Assembly (NCBI RefSeq): GCF_001194135.2
Contig: NC_068992.1
Location: 6,187,851-6,222,616, forward strand
Source of the DNA: Octopus bimaculoides
Taxonomy: Eukaryota
Direction of reading: 5' to 3'
DNA: 34,766 nucleotides
The translations under genes were made by a program, and so were the position numbers. A model generated the notes under the pieces. It had not been told where the DNA came from. It saw only the letters and a list, made by a program, of their open reading frames with translations, and made no database searches. Positions 11,701-23,683 of the stretch are shown here, in pieces. Within the stretch, counting starts at the first letter, position 1; each line of letters starts with the position of its first letter.

Positions 11701-13456
11701 TTGTGTTTGTACTTCTCTGTGAACGCTTAACAACGAGCATTAGTTTGTTTACATGCTAATAATTTAACGGTTCGACACAAAAAAAAAAACAACTGAAAGC
11801 AATACAGTATTTATTTGCCTTTAAAAGTAAAGAACATACTAGGGTGTATTTGTTCGAGTAAAGCCAACAAGGCGGTGACGTTTGTCCAGTGATTGTAATA
11901 CGTAGAAGATACAAGCAGGTTCGTAATGACAAAGGTAAAATGTTAAAAAATTAAATTTATTGAACATATGAAACAAAGGTAAACACTTAATAAGTGCCGT
12001 CGGCTTTTGGTAACCCAAGCGTTGTTACAAATAGAAATGAATGAAGACTTAAAATAGCACCTAGCCTTGATATTCTTGGGCTCCATAATTTGGCAGCATA
12101 TTTTGCTACAGTTTTCTATGAGGTCTGACTTCGTTAGCTAAGCATTTTTCAATGTATTAACTGCACAGTTGGCTACACATTAACTGACAGTTCAGTACAC
12201 GTGTTTGCAATTTGGTTTCTTATTTAAGTGCATTAAACTGCACATAAACGTTACTCAGGCATCATATTTGCCTGTATGTTTTGCAGAACATTTCCCTTTT
12301 GTCTGCACATCTGTGCACACTCCGCCGTGCACTTGTTTTACCCGCTCACAGTGATCTTATCCAACTTATTTGAGCATTTCTTTACGACCACATTTTATTG
12401 ATAAACAGAAAGTGATAGACACCTGTTCTAACGTGTTGCAAAGGAATATATCTCTCCTCAACAAAATGGAAGGAAATTAAAGTATATCTCGCATTTCAAA
12501 TATGTCGTGAAAATCTCTTAAGTTGGCCTCTTAAATTTCATGTATACATACGTAGCAGATATGAAGTCTTTTAAATAATTTCATTCATGATTTTGCGTAG
12601 GTCTGTAGAACCACATTTTGATATCTTAACTGTAAGTTTCAGATCATGTTCTCTTTTACTTCATTACTTTACTTGTTCCATGTATTGGACTGCAGCCATG
12701 TTGGTGAACTGCTTTGGAGATTTAGTTCGGCAAATCTATCACAGTGATTAGTCTTTTCTGTTTTGTTTTATTTTAAATACCGTACTCCTCATTGAAGAGT
12801 CTTTTGTCAGATCACTAAGTTACGGAGACGCAAAAGAACAATACCATTTTCCAATCCGCGTGGAGAGAAACGCAGTGGCACATACATGTGCATGTATGCA
12901 TAAGTCCACGTATTGAATAATGCATGTTGTCAAAATTTACCAATTTTCGCTGAAGTTTAGTCAAGTGTTTGACATTTTTACCGTAGTATTTAAATGTAAG
13001 TACAAAATCCCTACCCTTTATCATCTCTTGGCCTATGTACATAGTTAAACATCTTGAAAAAATTCGAGAATACTTGTCGAATGTAATTTTGAGACTGCAG
13101 CTTCCTATTTTACTTGTACATTTATGGACAACGCAACCAATACGATAACTACCGTCTTAACAGGCCTGACAGTAGTGGAACAGTTCTGCATTATAAACTC
13201 CTTGACATTAATGTGCTTGTAATATATAAATTCTAAACTATCTCTTACGTAATAGCATTCAACTTACTGTTTTTTATGATATACATGTTTTCATTGATAT
13301 AGTACAAAGTCTGGAAGTGGTATTTGTAGAAATTTTATAGGTGATGCTTGTATGCTAGTGTGTGTTTCTCTGGGTGTTTGAGAATATTTGTGTGTTTCTC
13401 AGTTTCATTTTATCTTTGTTAGTAGTTAGTATCCTGTTTTCTTCATTTCATTGCAG

Positions 13457-13566
13457 ATGTCTCTAAACTAATCATTGATAACTTAATTAAGACAGGGGAC
13501 ATTGGCAAGGACGTGTTTATTCTAATTATTTTGGCATCTATGTTTTCTACTTCAATAATAGGTTAA
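13457..13566 (+). CDS. Candidate exon ((D)VSKLIIDNLIKTGDIGKDVFILIILASMFSTSIIG*)
   Basis: Strong acceptor ttcatttcattgcag| and an open frame to TAA. Donor or terminal status unclear; no homology recognised. Confidence 0.2.
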
Positions 13567-14098
13567 TTTCCAATTAAAAATGTTTCTGATTACAGCAAAT
13601 TTAAAAACTGTTTCGTTATAATCGTAAAGGTATAGAAAGTTGAATACATGGAAAAAATCGTCTCTACGTATATATCAACGATGTACATCAACGTCGCGAC
13701 TTCGTTTCTAAAACTGAAACCAATAACATCTAAATTGAATTGTTATATAAAAAGTTCGTTTCATTTATAAACATACGTGATCAGTATCGTTTTAGTTTAT
13801 TTATTTATTTAAACTTATCCTAGTTTTGTATAATGCTTAGCACTCAGCTACATAGCAAGAGTTGTATGGCTGATGGTGAATTTGTTGTTTACAGTTCGTG
13901 TATCTTGGTCGAGAAGACCAATAAGTAAAACTTTGAGTAGCCCGTGTCCATATCTCCTGGTTTCAGATAATATCTAAAGCCTGATATTCTTAGGCAGTGG
14001 GGAAAGATCCAACATATATTTGTAGCATATTGCATAGACATATTGGTTTAAATACCAAGCCAAATACATCTGCCTCATGTTACCGAGTGGACATAGCA

Positions 14099-14260
14099 TT
14101 AGATCGACCTCAGTATGCAACTGGTTCTTAATTTATCGACCTCGAAAGGATGAAAGGCAAAGTCGACCTAGCCGGAATTCGAACTCAGAACGTAAAGACA
14201 GGTGAAATACCGCTAAGCATTTCACTCGGTGTGCTAGCGTTTCTGCCAGCTCACCGCCTT
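14099..14260 (-). mobile_element. tRNA-derived SINE, family A
   Basis: Minus strand reads aaggcggtgagctggcagaaacgctagcac (A box), gagttcgaattcc (B box), gtcgactttgcctttcatcctttcgaggtcgataaattaag. Homologous to 531-718. Confidence 0.92.
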
Positions 14261-15314
14261 ATATACTGGATGTATATGGGTCCATATAATAACATGGAAT
14301 GTTGAAGTAAAAGCTCACTGTCTAGATGTAGTATACATCAACTACATAATGCTTTACATAGCGTTTGAACTCATCACCTTCAACTTTGTAATGGCAACGT
14401 TTATCCACCCAATTACTGTGTAATCGAGCAGAGTTGATTCCGACTCCAAAAGTTTGAAAATAGTGTTTCGTTCAGAGACGCGTGAATAGATATATAATTT
14501 AACATTTTCAATAGACTACAAGAAGTGATTAACTAGAAACTTCGTTCATCTATCTTGTTAGAAGCTAACCAGTTGAACATACTTTAATAAGTATAAGTAA
14601 TATTTTCAATACCCCAGACTCGAGTTAATAGTGTGAATAATGAAACACTTTCTCCATAATGTGAATAATTGAAACAGTTCCTCATTTGAAACACTTTGTC
14701 ATTTACCATTGATTTTAACATGATAGTATGCTATATAATTTAGTGCATCTCTTCCGATAACATTTTGTCATAAGCCATGATAACTTTCAAAGGGTAAACA
14801 TAAAAAGAAAGAGAATATCTCTTTCAGAATGTATGAGTGGCATAAATGGAAGAAATATTAAATCAAAGCTAATTTTATATAAAGAATCTAAACTGGCAAT
14901 TGTATGAAATTTCATGTCTTCTCTGTTTGACACTAATCAGTTTTGTCTGAATATCGCCTTGTGATATACATATATATGAAAAGGTGATTTTAAGAATGGA
15001 TTATCTTATATAAAAGGCAATAGTGTATTCCTATTAGAGCAAAGAGAAAGGGCTGGACATCCAGGTAATGGATAATGCTTCGCTATTTCTAATCACTGAA
15101 ATAAGATATTTTAGAACAAATACACCTATTATTAGTGAGCATTATGATCTAAGGTACAGTACATTGTTCAGCACGTTAACAACAAAATATCTAAATTACA
15201 TACCATTCAGCATATAAATTATCTAATTTACATGTCGATTAGCATATAATTTAGTTATTTTGCTATTACTATTATTCTAGATGTTTTTGTTGGTTAGCGG
15301 TGATAAGATTGCAG

Positions 15315-15377
<63 letters not shown>

Positions 15378-15480
15378 GTGTGTGCGTGTGTTTGCGCATA
15401 TACATATATTTATATACAAGGAGAGACTGGTGGCTATATTACTCTATGTACATTCGTGTGTGTGTGTGTGTGTGTGTGTA
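15315..15480. repeat. (TA)n and (TG)n microsatellites
   Basis: Directly visible. Confidence 0.9.
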
Positions 15481-15504
15481 TGAGGTTTGTCAAATGCATA
15501 TACA

Positions 15505-15708
15505 TTCTTTTATTTGTTACAGTCGTTCGACTGCGCCCGTGCTGGAGCACCGTCTTAAATGGTTTTTGGCTATGAAATCGATCCCAAGACTTATTCTTTG
15601 TAAGCCTAGTTCTTATTCTATCGGTCTACATTGCCGAAGCGTTAAGTTACAGGGACGTAAACACACCAAAATCGGTTGTCAAACGAGATGGGGACAGACA
15701 CAGACACA
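15505..15708 (-). mobile_element. SINE family B, 3' half, running into a (CA)n tract
   Basis: Colinear with 27999-28208 over about 200 bp (gctggagcaccg, gacttattctttgtaagcctag, taagttac.g.gacgtaaa). Confidence 0.92.
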
Positions 15709-16394
15709 AGGACACCCGCATAAATACACACACAACACATACACACATAAATACACACACACACACATACAAACACACACACATATTTGTATACGACAGC
15801 ATGAAGCCAAAAATCATTTATTTCCATTGCCTGAATACATCACATGTTATGAATAAGAATCATTTACTATTTCTGATTTCATATCTTTGACTCAACTGAC
15901 TCTACTATGCCAAGTATAACATCAGTTCCTGAAGTGGATAATACTGATAGTAGTGAATTCCTCTATTAACATTGCCTGGTAAATGTTCCTTTCATTATTA
16001 TACTAATGAAGTTTTAGTCATGTCACTAGTAAGTAGTTATTGCGAAGTATTACCATTGGTTTTACTATTTAATAGAATTCGTTCTTATTCCTAAAACAAA
16101 CTTTTATACCAATACTGCATTGCAAAACCAGGAAGCTCTCATAGAGCGTCTCTTCGCCAGTTTAATGTGATCGTTAATACTTACAAAAGGTTTGTTCACT
16201 ATTTTCTATGATATCTCAATTCGAGTCGAAATTAATCAGAAGTAAAAAGCAAATTGTAAAAGACACGCGATGCATTACATCACTGCATTTTTGTTGTCTA
16301 TATACCTTTAGAAACTTCTCTATATCCATGTGTGATTAAATCCATTCTGTATATCATAGGATTTCGTGAATAGATTTCATCATTTTCCTTAATG

Positions 16395-16469
16395 TGTATT
16401 CTCTCTCTTTCTCTCTCGCTCTCTCTTTCCTCTCTCTCTCTCTAGCTCTCTCTCTCTTTCTTTCCTCTC

Positions 16470-16512
<43 letters not shown>

Positions 16513-16522
16513 NNNNNNNNNN

Positions 16523-16557
<35 letters not shown>

Positions 16558-16562
16558 CTCTC
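16395..16562. repeat. (CT)n microsatellite with a 10-N gap at 16513-16522
   Basis: Directly visible. Confidence 0.95.
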
Positions 16563-17084
16563 CCCTTACTTACTCCATTCTTTTATGTGTTGTTAATGCA
16601 AACAGACTTTTCTTATAATAGAGAGTTATAGAAAGTTAATAGAAAGTAAAATAAATTATTTACAGTATCTAAAATCACTGCTTCACTGTTCGAATCACCA
16701 AACCCTACATGTGAATGACCTAATTAATGGGCGAATATATAAGTGATAGTCTTCTATCTCTAATAGACTTCTACTAGAGTGAAGAGTTCTAGTGCTCAGT
16801 TTATGATATTTTCATTATATTTTATCTATAACCCAAAACTTCAATTACCTTTATTTAATGAGTAGCACGGATTCTTGGGTAATAAGACGAAGAGAATTAC
16901 AATATAAAATGAAAATTTTGAACTAATTTCTTTTGTCATTTTTCATGTCGATAAATTTAAGTAGACACACCCTTTGCGTGATGGCAATGTAGCCTTCCAG
17001 CATTTATTTGCCGTAACATGCAGATCTTTAATCTAAAATTTATGTTTTCCTGTCCAACTGTATATGCTTATTTACATCCACCTG

Positions 17085-17404
17085 GCATGGAATTCATTTA
17101 AAACATACATCTCACATTACGGAAATTCATGTCACGGTGATATTATCCTAAATGCAATACTTCAATCATGCGGATATTTCATGAGCCAATGAAGTCCTGG
17201 GCTCGATATAAATAAGTATTATAGGAATACATTAATCCAACTAGCATGGAATTCATTTAGAACATGCATTTCACATTACGGAAATTCTAGTCACGGTGAT
17301 ATTATTCTAAATGCAATACATTCAGTCATGCGGATATTTCATGAGCCAATGAAGTCTTGGGTGCGATATAAATATTATGTAGCTCTAGGAATACATTAAT
17401 CCAA
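17085..17404. repeat. Diverged tandem duplication, 2 x about 159 bp
   Basis: gcatggaattcattt...ggaatacattaatccaa starts at 17085 and again at 17244, with scattered substitutions and small indels. Confidence 0.95.
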
Positions 17405-17666
17405 AAGCCAAGAATTGTGCCTGGATTAGAAATCATTATTTTCACGAGCTTTTTTCTATTTTTGTGGTTTTAATGTCCATTGTTATAATAGGGAGAAACC
17501 AATTGGTTTTAAATTAAAGATGGTGTGTGAAATAATGCTACATACGCATTAGATTTTCTTTTCTGTTGGGCAAGTTCTTATTTTCACAAAGGAAATTTAT
17601 TGTAAGATGCTTTCAGCTTGCTATATAATTTTGATGAGTTTTCTATAAAGTAATATTGGTTTCGGA

Positions 17667-17790
17667 TTTTGGCACAAGGCCAAAAATTTCGAGTGAGAGG
17701 GGGAAGTCGATTACGTCGACCCAAGTGTTAAACTGGTATCTATTTTATAGGCTCCGAAAGGATGAAAGACATATTCGTCTCGGGCGGATT
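17667..17790 (-). mobile_element. SINE family A, 3' half (head missing)
   Basis: ggcacaaggcc...gtcgattacgtcgaccc...ccgaaaggatgaaag on the plus strand matches the other two family A copies. Confidence 0.8.
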
Positions 17791-18273
17791 ATCTTGTTTT
17801 GGTATGAAAGATGGGCAACAGCAAATATTCTGCTCAATACCACAGATTTGGTTGTCATTTGTTTGACCTTAACCAGTTGAGCATGTCCCTTGGTGGCTGA
17901 TGATATGTGCATCTCTGATCATGAGCAGTAGTGAGAGAGCATCATAGCCATGTGTTGAGAGGAATTCTTTGGGGTTTGAATAATTCACCTTTGGAAACAT
18001 GGGAGTTTTGTTCAACAAACCTTATTCTGGACCTTTTGAGCGGAATGGGCTACAAGACCTGAAGAAAATTCTAACTGGGGCCCACCTGCGAGGTCAGGCG
18101 CTGTTTATCTTGATATGAGATCACCATGTCGCGCACATATAGTTGTGATGCATGTGCCTGGTGTACCCTTATCAGCCGGGTAGTCATGATGGGTATTATG
18201 GGCTTCATATATTTTACCCTAGTGTCACTTTGATGGCATGCACTGTTCTCTTACTCAATAATAATAATAATAA
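17791..18273 (+). mobile_element. 5'-truncated non-LTR element 3' end with an (AAT)n tail
   Basis: GC-richer non-coding block ending ctcttactc-(aat)n. Recalled as a high-copy Octopus repeat. LINE origin is inferred from the tail; only one copy is in the window. Confidence 0.6.
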
Positions 18274-18324
18274 ATACCATAAAATAGTTGATTATAATCA
18301 TAAATATTATAAAATAGTTGATTT
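18272..18324. repeat. Short tandem duplication (30-bp period, core ataaaatagttgatt)
   Basis: Directly visible immediately after the (AAT)n tail. Confidence 0.7.
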
Positions 18325-18469
18325 AGGAGTTACACACACAGAGTACTATGCGACACCCCTCCAAAGAACAGACAGGAATAAATTCATACTGAAAATACCC
18401 AACAAAATGAACAAAATCCACAACATGTGTCATAGAAGGCCGATACCCCGACAGAAGAACACCACTGAG

Positions 18470-19025
18470 GCAACCATCACCACCATCACCACCACCATAA
18501 TTGTCGTCATCAACATCATCGACATCGTCATCGCCATCGTCAAATTATCATCATCCTCATCATCAAAGTCCTTGTCATAATCATCATCGTCATCATTATC
18601 ATCGTCATCATTATCATCGTCATCATTATCATCATCGTCGTCCTCGTTGAAGTCGTTGTCATCATGGCCATCATCATCATCATCACCATCATCATCATCA
18701 CCATCATCATCATCACCATCATCATCATCGTTGTCGTCCTCCTCATCATCATCATCGTCGTCGTCGTTGTCGTCGTTATGATCAGCAGCAGCAGCACCAG
18801 CAGCCGCCCCAGCGGCAGCTCCAGCAGAGAGCGGCGTCCCATTTACAGGAGATATACCTCAATCCTGCTCTTGATATCATCGCTACTACCATCATCATTG
18901 TCGTCATCATCATAATCATCATCGTCACCACCAATAATCCTCTTCAACAATACAACTCCTCTCACCATTATGATCACTACCCCACACCACCACCACCACA
19001 TATCACCACCACTACCACCACCACC
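18470..19025. repeat. Mosaic trinucleotide low-complexity tract (CAT/CGT/CAC/CAG)
   Basis: Directly visible; the repeat register shifts internally. Confidence 0.9.
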
Positions 19026-19534
19026 TCTATCCTCCTGTTCTCAACTCTTTTATTATTTTGTCTTAGTGCACCAGACTGAGGTTTTCATGTGATTTCAAGG
19101 AAAACAGATTTTTGAGAAAATTCTTTTGTTTAAGATTTTAACTTGATTATAGTTTTGATACAAACAACTCTTCACATAGCAATAAGAAATTTATTCCCCA
19201 AACTGAAGAGTCAATTCGGTTGAAGTCTTATTATCATTATTGTTGTTTTCTTTTGTTTTTATTCGTACTTTTTGTCTAATGTAGCTTCTCAGCATTTTTT
19301 AAAATAAAAACAGTAACAAAAAATATTATGTTAGCAGCAGTCTATTTTAACTTAGCACTTTCGTAACCTTTTGTACTGGGGAGAGGGTAGGTTCAAGTGA
19401 AATGATAAGATATACCTGAGTTATTTTATTAAAGCGAATAGAAGTAAAATATAATGTGATCTGTGATGAGATTTGAAATTTCAATTGTGAATTTATACAA
19501 TCCGTTTATATATATATATATATATATATATAAC

Positions 19535-19640
19535 TACGGAAGTGGCGGTTTTTCATCGTCGCAAACGCGCGCGACACCGAGATGCCGAGCATTGACTTTA
19601 CAAACATTCAAAGACCCAGCAAAAGATGCAACGGAAGTTT
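19535..19640. promoter_or_regulatory. Small CpG-dense patch with two ETS-like CGGAAGT motifs (candidate promoter or enhancer)
   Basis: 10 CpGs in about 55 bp, including cgcgcgcg; cggaagt at 19537 and 19632. Function is inferred. Confidence 0.25.
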
Positions 19641-20709
19641 ATGATTCTTCTTGGGTACTAATAATGTGTGTCACGGTTAATGCCCTGGGTGGTACTGGCA
19701 GTCCACCGTAGTCCGAAGATTGTTACACTACATTTCCATGTGGTTGTTATAGAGCTATTCTGTCTTTTCATGAACATGTCCTGTTCGGATCCTAACTTTG
19801 GGGTTTTTTTCTCTTTTCTCATTTTTATATTTGAATAACTATCGAACAAATGCTCTACAATAACAAAATATAAAAACAAAAAGATTACGCACACAGAATA
19901 AATATCTTGCAAAACGAATAAATTTGAGAAACGATATTTACAACTTAGCAAACTATTTCACCATTTTCCTTCGATAATATTCACTGAGTAATCAGAACAA
20001 TTTGGACAAGGAACTTAATCGAAAACAATATATTGAGTTCCACTGCATCCATCCTAACATTTATTAGTGAATAAACGATCACACTACTAAATCTCAGACT
20101 TCGCTGATGTAGTGTGTTTCTTTTCATCATGATTTGCGTAATCCACTTATCACCTTAGCATAAGCTTGCTCCACAAACCTACCTTGGAATATTCAGCAAC
20201 AACAATATCTTTTAGAAAAGAGATAATGTAAAATGTTTCACAATGAAATCATGAAAAGTAACACGTCTCTCGAATATTTACAGTGATTTGAAATGCATCA
20301 TCTTTGGATGAGAGAGAGAGAGAACCTTTCAGTGAGCAAATCTTATATGGTAATGTATTATTGTTGTAGACTTGTTATTCAGTTTTCGGATGTTCTGATG
20401 AGGAATAGCATTGTATTGTTTGGCCTATGCAAATGCAACCTTATATATATTCAAAAGAAAGATAACATACACGTGAATTGCAATTGGAATACGTAATATA
20501 TACTGCGTGCGATAATACAACAGCTTGGCTGATGGAGTTTGATCAAAGAACACTTGAGTTGTATGAGATTTTATGAAGCAGGATTTCAATACGAGTTCAT
20601 GCAGGACTGACGTGCATAGAATACGCTGAACTGTAAACCAGCTCAATCTGTTCAAGCGTAGAAAAAAGAAATCAATGTTAGGCCAATGGAATTTTCTTAA
20701 TTTTGTTGT

Positions 20710-20795
20710 TGGTGATGGTGGTGGTGTTCATAATGATGATGATGATGATGAGACCGATGACATTGTCGACGACGACGATGTTGCTGATGAGGGTT
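20710..20795. repeat. (GTT/GGT/GAT/GAC)n mosaic trinucleotide tract
   Basis: Directly visible. Confidence 0.85.
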
Positions 20796-20921
20796 TGATT
20801 GTTACTGATATGATAATCAGGGTTAATTAAACGTTAAAAGTTAAAGCTTAGTCGAACGTTGAGTTGTTCAAGTGTATTCGAAAAATTATTATCTTCGAAT
20901 ACGCTGTTTTTCGTACAGCGT

Positions 20922-21654
20922 NNNNNNNNNNNNNNNNNNNNNNNNNNNNNNNNNNNNNNNNNNNNNNNNNNNNNNNNNNNNNNNNNNNNNNNNNNNNNNN
21001 NNNNNNNNNNNNNNNNNNNNNNNNNNNNNNNNNNNNNNNNNNNNNNNNNNNNNNNNNNNNNNNNNNNNNNNNNNNNNNNNNNNNNNNNNNNNNNNNNNNN
21101 NNNNNNNNNNNNNNNNNNNNNNNNNNNNNNNNNNNNNNNNNNNNNNNNNNNNNNNNNNNNNNNNNNNNNNNNNNNNNNNNNNNNNNNNNNNNNNNNNNNN
21201 NNNNNNNNNNNNNNNNNNNNNNNNNNNNNNNNNNNNNNNNNNNNNNNNNNNNNNNNNNNNNNNNNNNNNNNNNNNNNNNNNNNNNNNNNNNNNNNNNNNN
21301 NNNNNNNNNNNNNNNNNNNNNNNNNNNNNNNNNNNNNNNNNNNNNNNNNNNNNNNNNNNNNNNNNNNNNNNNNNNNNNNNNNNNNNNNNNNNNNNNNNNN
21401 NNNNNNNNNNNNNNNNNNNNNNNNNNNNNNNNNNNNNNNNNNNNNNNNNNNNNNNNNNNNNNNNNNNNNNNNNNNNNNNNNNNNNNNNNNNNNNNNNNNN
21501 NNNNNNNNNNNNNNNNNNNNNNNNNNNNNNNNNNNNNNNNNNNNNNNNNNNNNNNNNNNNNNNNNNNNNNNNNNNNNNNNNNNNNNNNNNNNNNNNNNNN
21601 NNNNNNNNNNNNNNNNNNNNNNNNNNNNNNNNNNNNNNNNNNNNNNNNNNNNNN
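20922..21654. other. Assembly gap (N), largest in the window
   Basis: N run. Confidence 1.
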
Positions 21655-22219
21655 TATATATATGTATATATACATACACACACATATACATATATATGTA
21701 TGTATTGGACAGGTCATCTGCATATTATAGGTTAGTTTAGAAAATCAATACTAAAAAGCAAATCGAACTATTAAACTTAATCAATAAATTTGAGTCATCT
21801 AAGTAGGAATGAAATATTCAGAATTTCGACTGGATTTCCAACATCTGAAATCAAAAGCTATGGCAGCAGTCGGAATGGATATAAAAATTACAAAATAGAT
21901 AACCATAACCAAGTATCATTAAATTATGCCCTCTTGTATAGCCGATAATTTTGTGAGATCAATACGCATCATGCCCCAATTATCATGTACATAGAAAATA
22001 CAACGTATCTGGATAAGCGAATGTAACCCACCACTTTTCAGTGTAGAAAAATCCTAATAGGCATATTGATCGAATATTTACAATTTTACTTTCATTTTAG
22101 TCTTACCCAACCAATTGTTAGCTATTTTCAAGTCTCAATTCACCTCATTTAGTATGGATGCATGAATCCTTCTTAAACAGCTACGATTCCGCTTCTGATA
22201 ATAACATTTCTGAAAATGG

Positions 22220-22270
22220 TCAAGTATGTAACAGAACTATGCAAACTACTGCAACTATCGCCATCAAAAC
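22220..22270 (-). CDS. Candidate terminal coding exon (VLMAIVAVVCIVLLHT*)
   Basis: Acceptor ctgcctttcag|, phase 0, hydrophobic run to TGA. Phase-compatible with 23618-23683. Confidence 0.25.
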   Translation of the reverse strand, partial: VLMAIVAVVCIVLLHT

Positions 22271-23617
22271 CTGAAAGGCAGTATATATCAAGGGGTGCAA
22301 AGGTATTATCACCTACACTTATGCTTCAATAATATGGCCGTGTTTGCAATGAAAGGAAGATGTTTCAATCGAGGCAAGCTCACTTCATCATATAAATTGT
22401 ATGTTGTTTAAAATGGGAATAGCTTTTAGATTTTTGAAGACGAGAACAACTGCCCCAATTTTATGGGAGATACTTGGTAAGAGAAGTTGCCAACACATGT
22501 GTTCGAGACAGGAGCAAAATAGTTTCGGAAAAGTCATCAACAAGAATACATTCCGTCTCTTCCTTATTTTCTCATCTTTGATACTGTTGTTTGGCGTTAG
22601 CCTTAATCAATCTTGATCGAATACCGCTACAATCAAAATTATCCAAACAAGGAAATTCACAATGTTTTCCGGTAACAAAAACCTGAAGCTAGCAGTATGA
22701 TATTGAACGTATGTATAACTAATTGTGTATAGACTGACATCTGGGAATTGCGGAAGACCAAGTTCCGGGATTTGTCAGAGAAGCACTATGAATATATCGG
22801 TTGAGCAAAATCAGAGATAGACGGAGGAAGAATTGCAGAAAACCACTGGTAAATGTGTGATTAGAAAAAAATAAAAACGAGTAATTATTTAGTGGTCTTT
22901 TAACGCATTTGGCTTTACGGAAAATATAGTATCAAGAGCTGTCGTAGATCGCCTCGTCTCCATTTAATTAATGCTATTAATGTTCCGCTTAAAGTATTAC
23001 AATACACCACCTGCAACAAAGAAATGAATGAGTATGAATTTCCAAGAGGATTTCGTCCTGAGAGAATGGAATGGGCGTAGGAATTCTTTTGGTGGTTGAG
23101 TGTGGGGCTTCTTCAACATGGAAGGTGAGAGGTTTCTTAAGTCTTGCTGAACAACTATGATTACCTTATAAGCTATCGATTTTAATTATTCCTATGGATT
23201 ATGAATCGATCAGAAATTTCATCATTCGCTGAAACTCCTTTTGGCATTTTGGAGTAACCATTTCTAGATAAACTAAGTCTTATAAGTTGTAGTTGCTTTA
23301 TTTTATATCAATTCTGGTCGAAAATCAAATGAGAAAATGGCATTAAAGCCATGACCATCATGTATTTTCTTTTGCAGCAAAATCTATGCAAATATTTACT
23401 TGTTTTTTTTTTTTGAGGTAGTAGGTGGCGATGTGGTTGCTATTTCCAGCAAATCAAGCGATGTGTCAAAGTTCACTACATAATTAATAGACCAACATGT
23501 TTTTGAATTGATATTGGATGATGAGTTCTACCAAAGTATAATTGATATTCGTTGTACCTTAGAATGAAATTAATTTCTATTAAGTACACGGTTTATTTCT
23601 TGGTCATTGGTACATAC

Positions 23618-23683
23618 CAGTGCGCCGGTGGAATCATTTTGTCCCATTGCGGATGGTGCAGTATACAAATACTCCACAGGTTC
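23618..23683 (-). CDS. Candidate 66-nt internal exon (EPVEYLYTAPSAMGQNDSTGAL in frame 0)
   Basis: Strong acceptor gtttcattgcag|, strong donor CTG|gtatgt, length divisible by 3, GC-richer than its flanks, open frame. No homology recognised. Confidence 0.4.

Noticed and set aside
12815-13042. ORF starting MYIGQ, a possible GIY-YIG motif
   Set aside because: The downstream R..EH and other GIY-YIG residues are absent, and the ORF ends in a short SINE relic (taagttacggagacg).
531-14260. A-box/B-box sequences as possible tRNA genes
   Set aside because: No cloverleaf forms, and they continue into SINE core and tail sequence.
20186-20211. Minus-strand microexon candidate DIVVAEYSK with a gtaggt donor
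   Set aside because: Too short to distinguish from chance.
22430-22476. Plus-strand exon candidate (IFEDENNCPNFMGDT) with a gtaaga donor
   Set aside because: Isolated, open in two frames and without a supporting chain.
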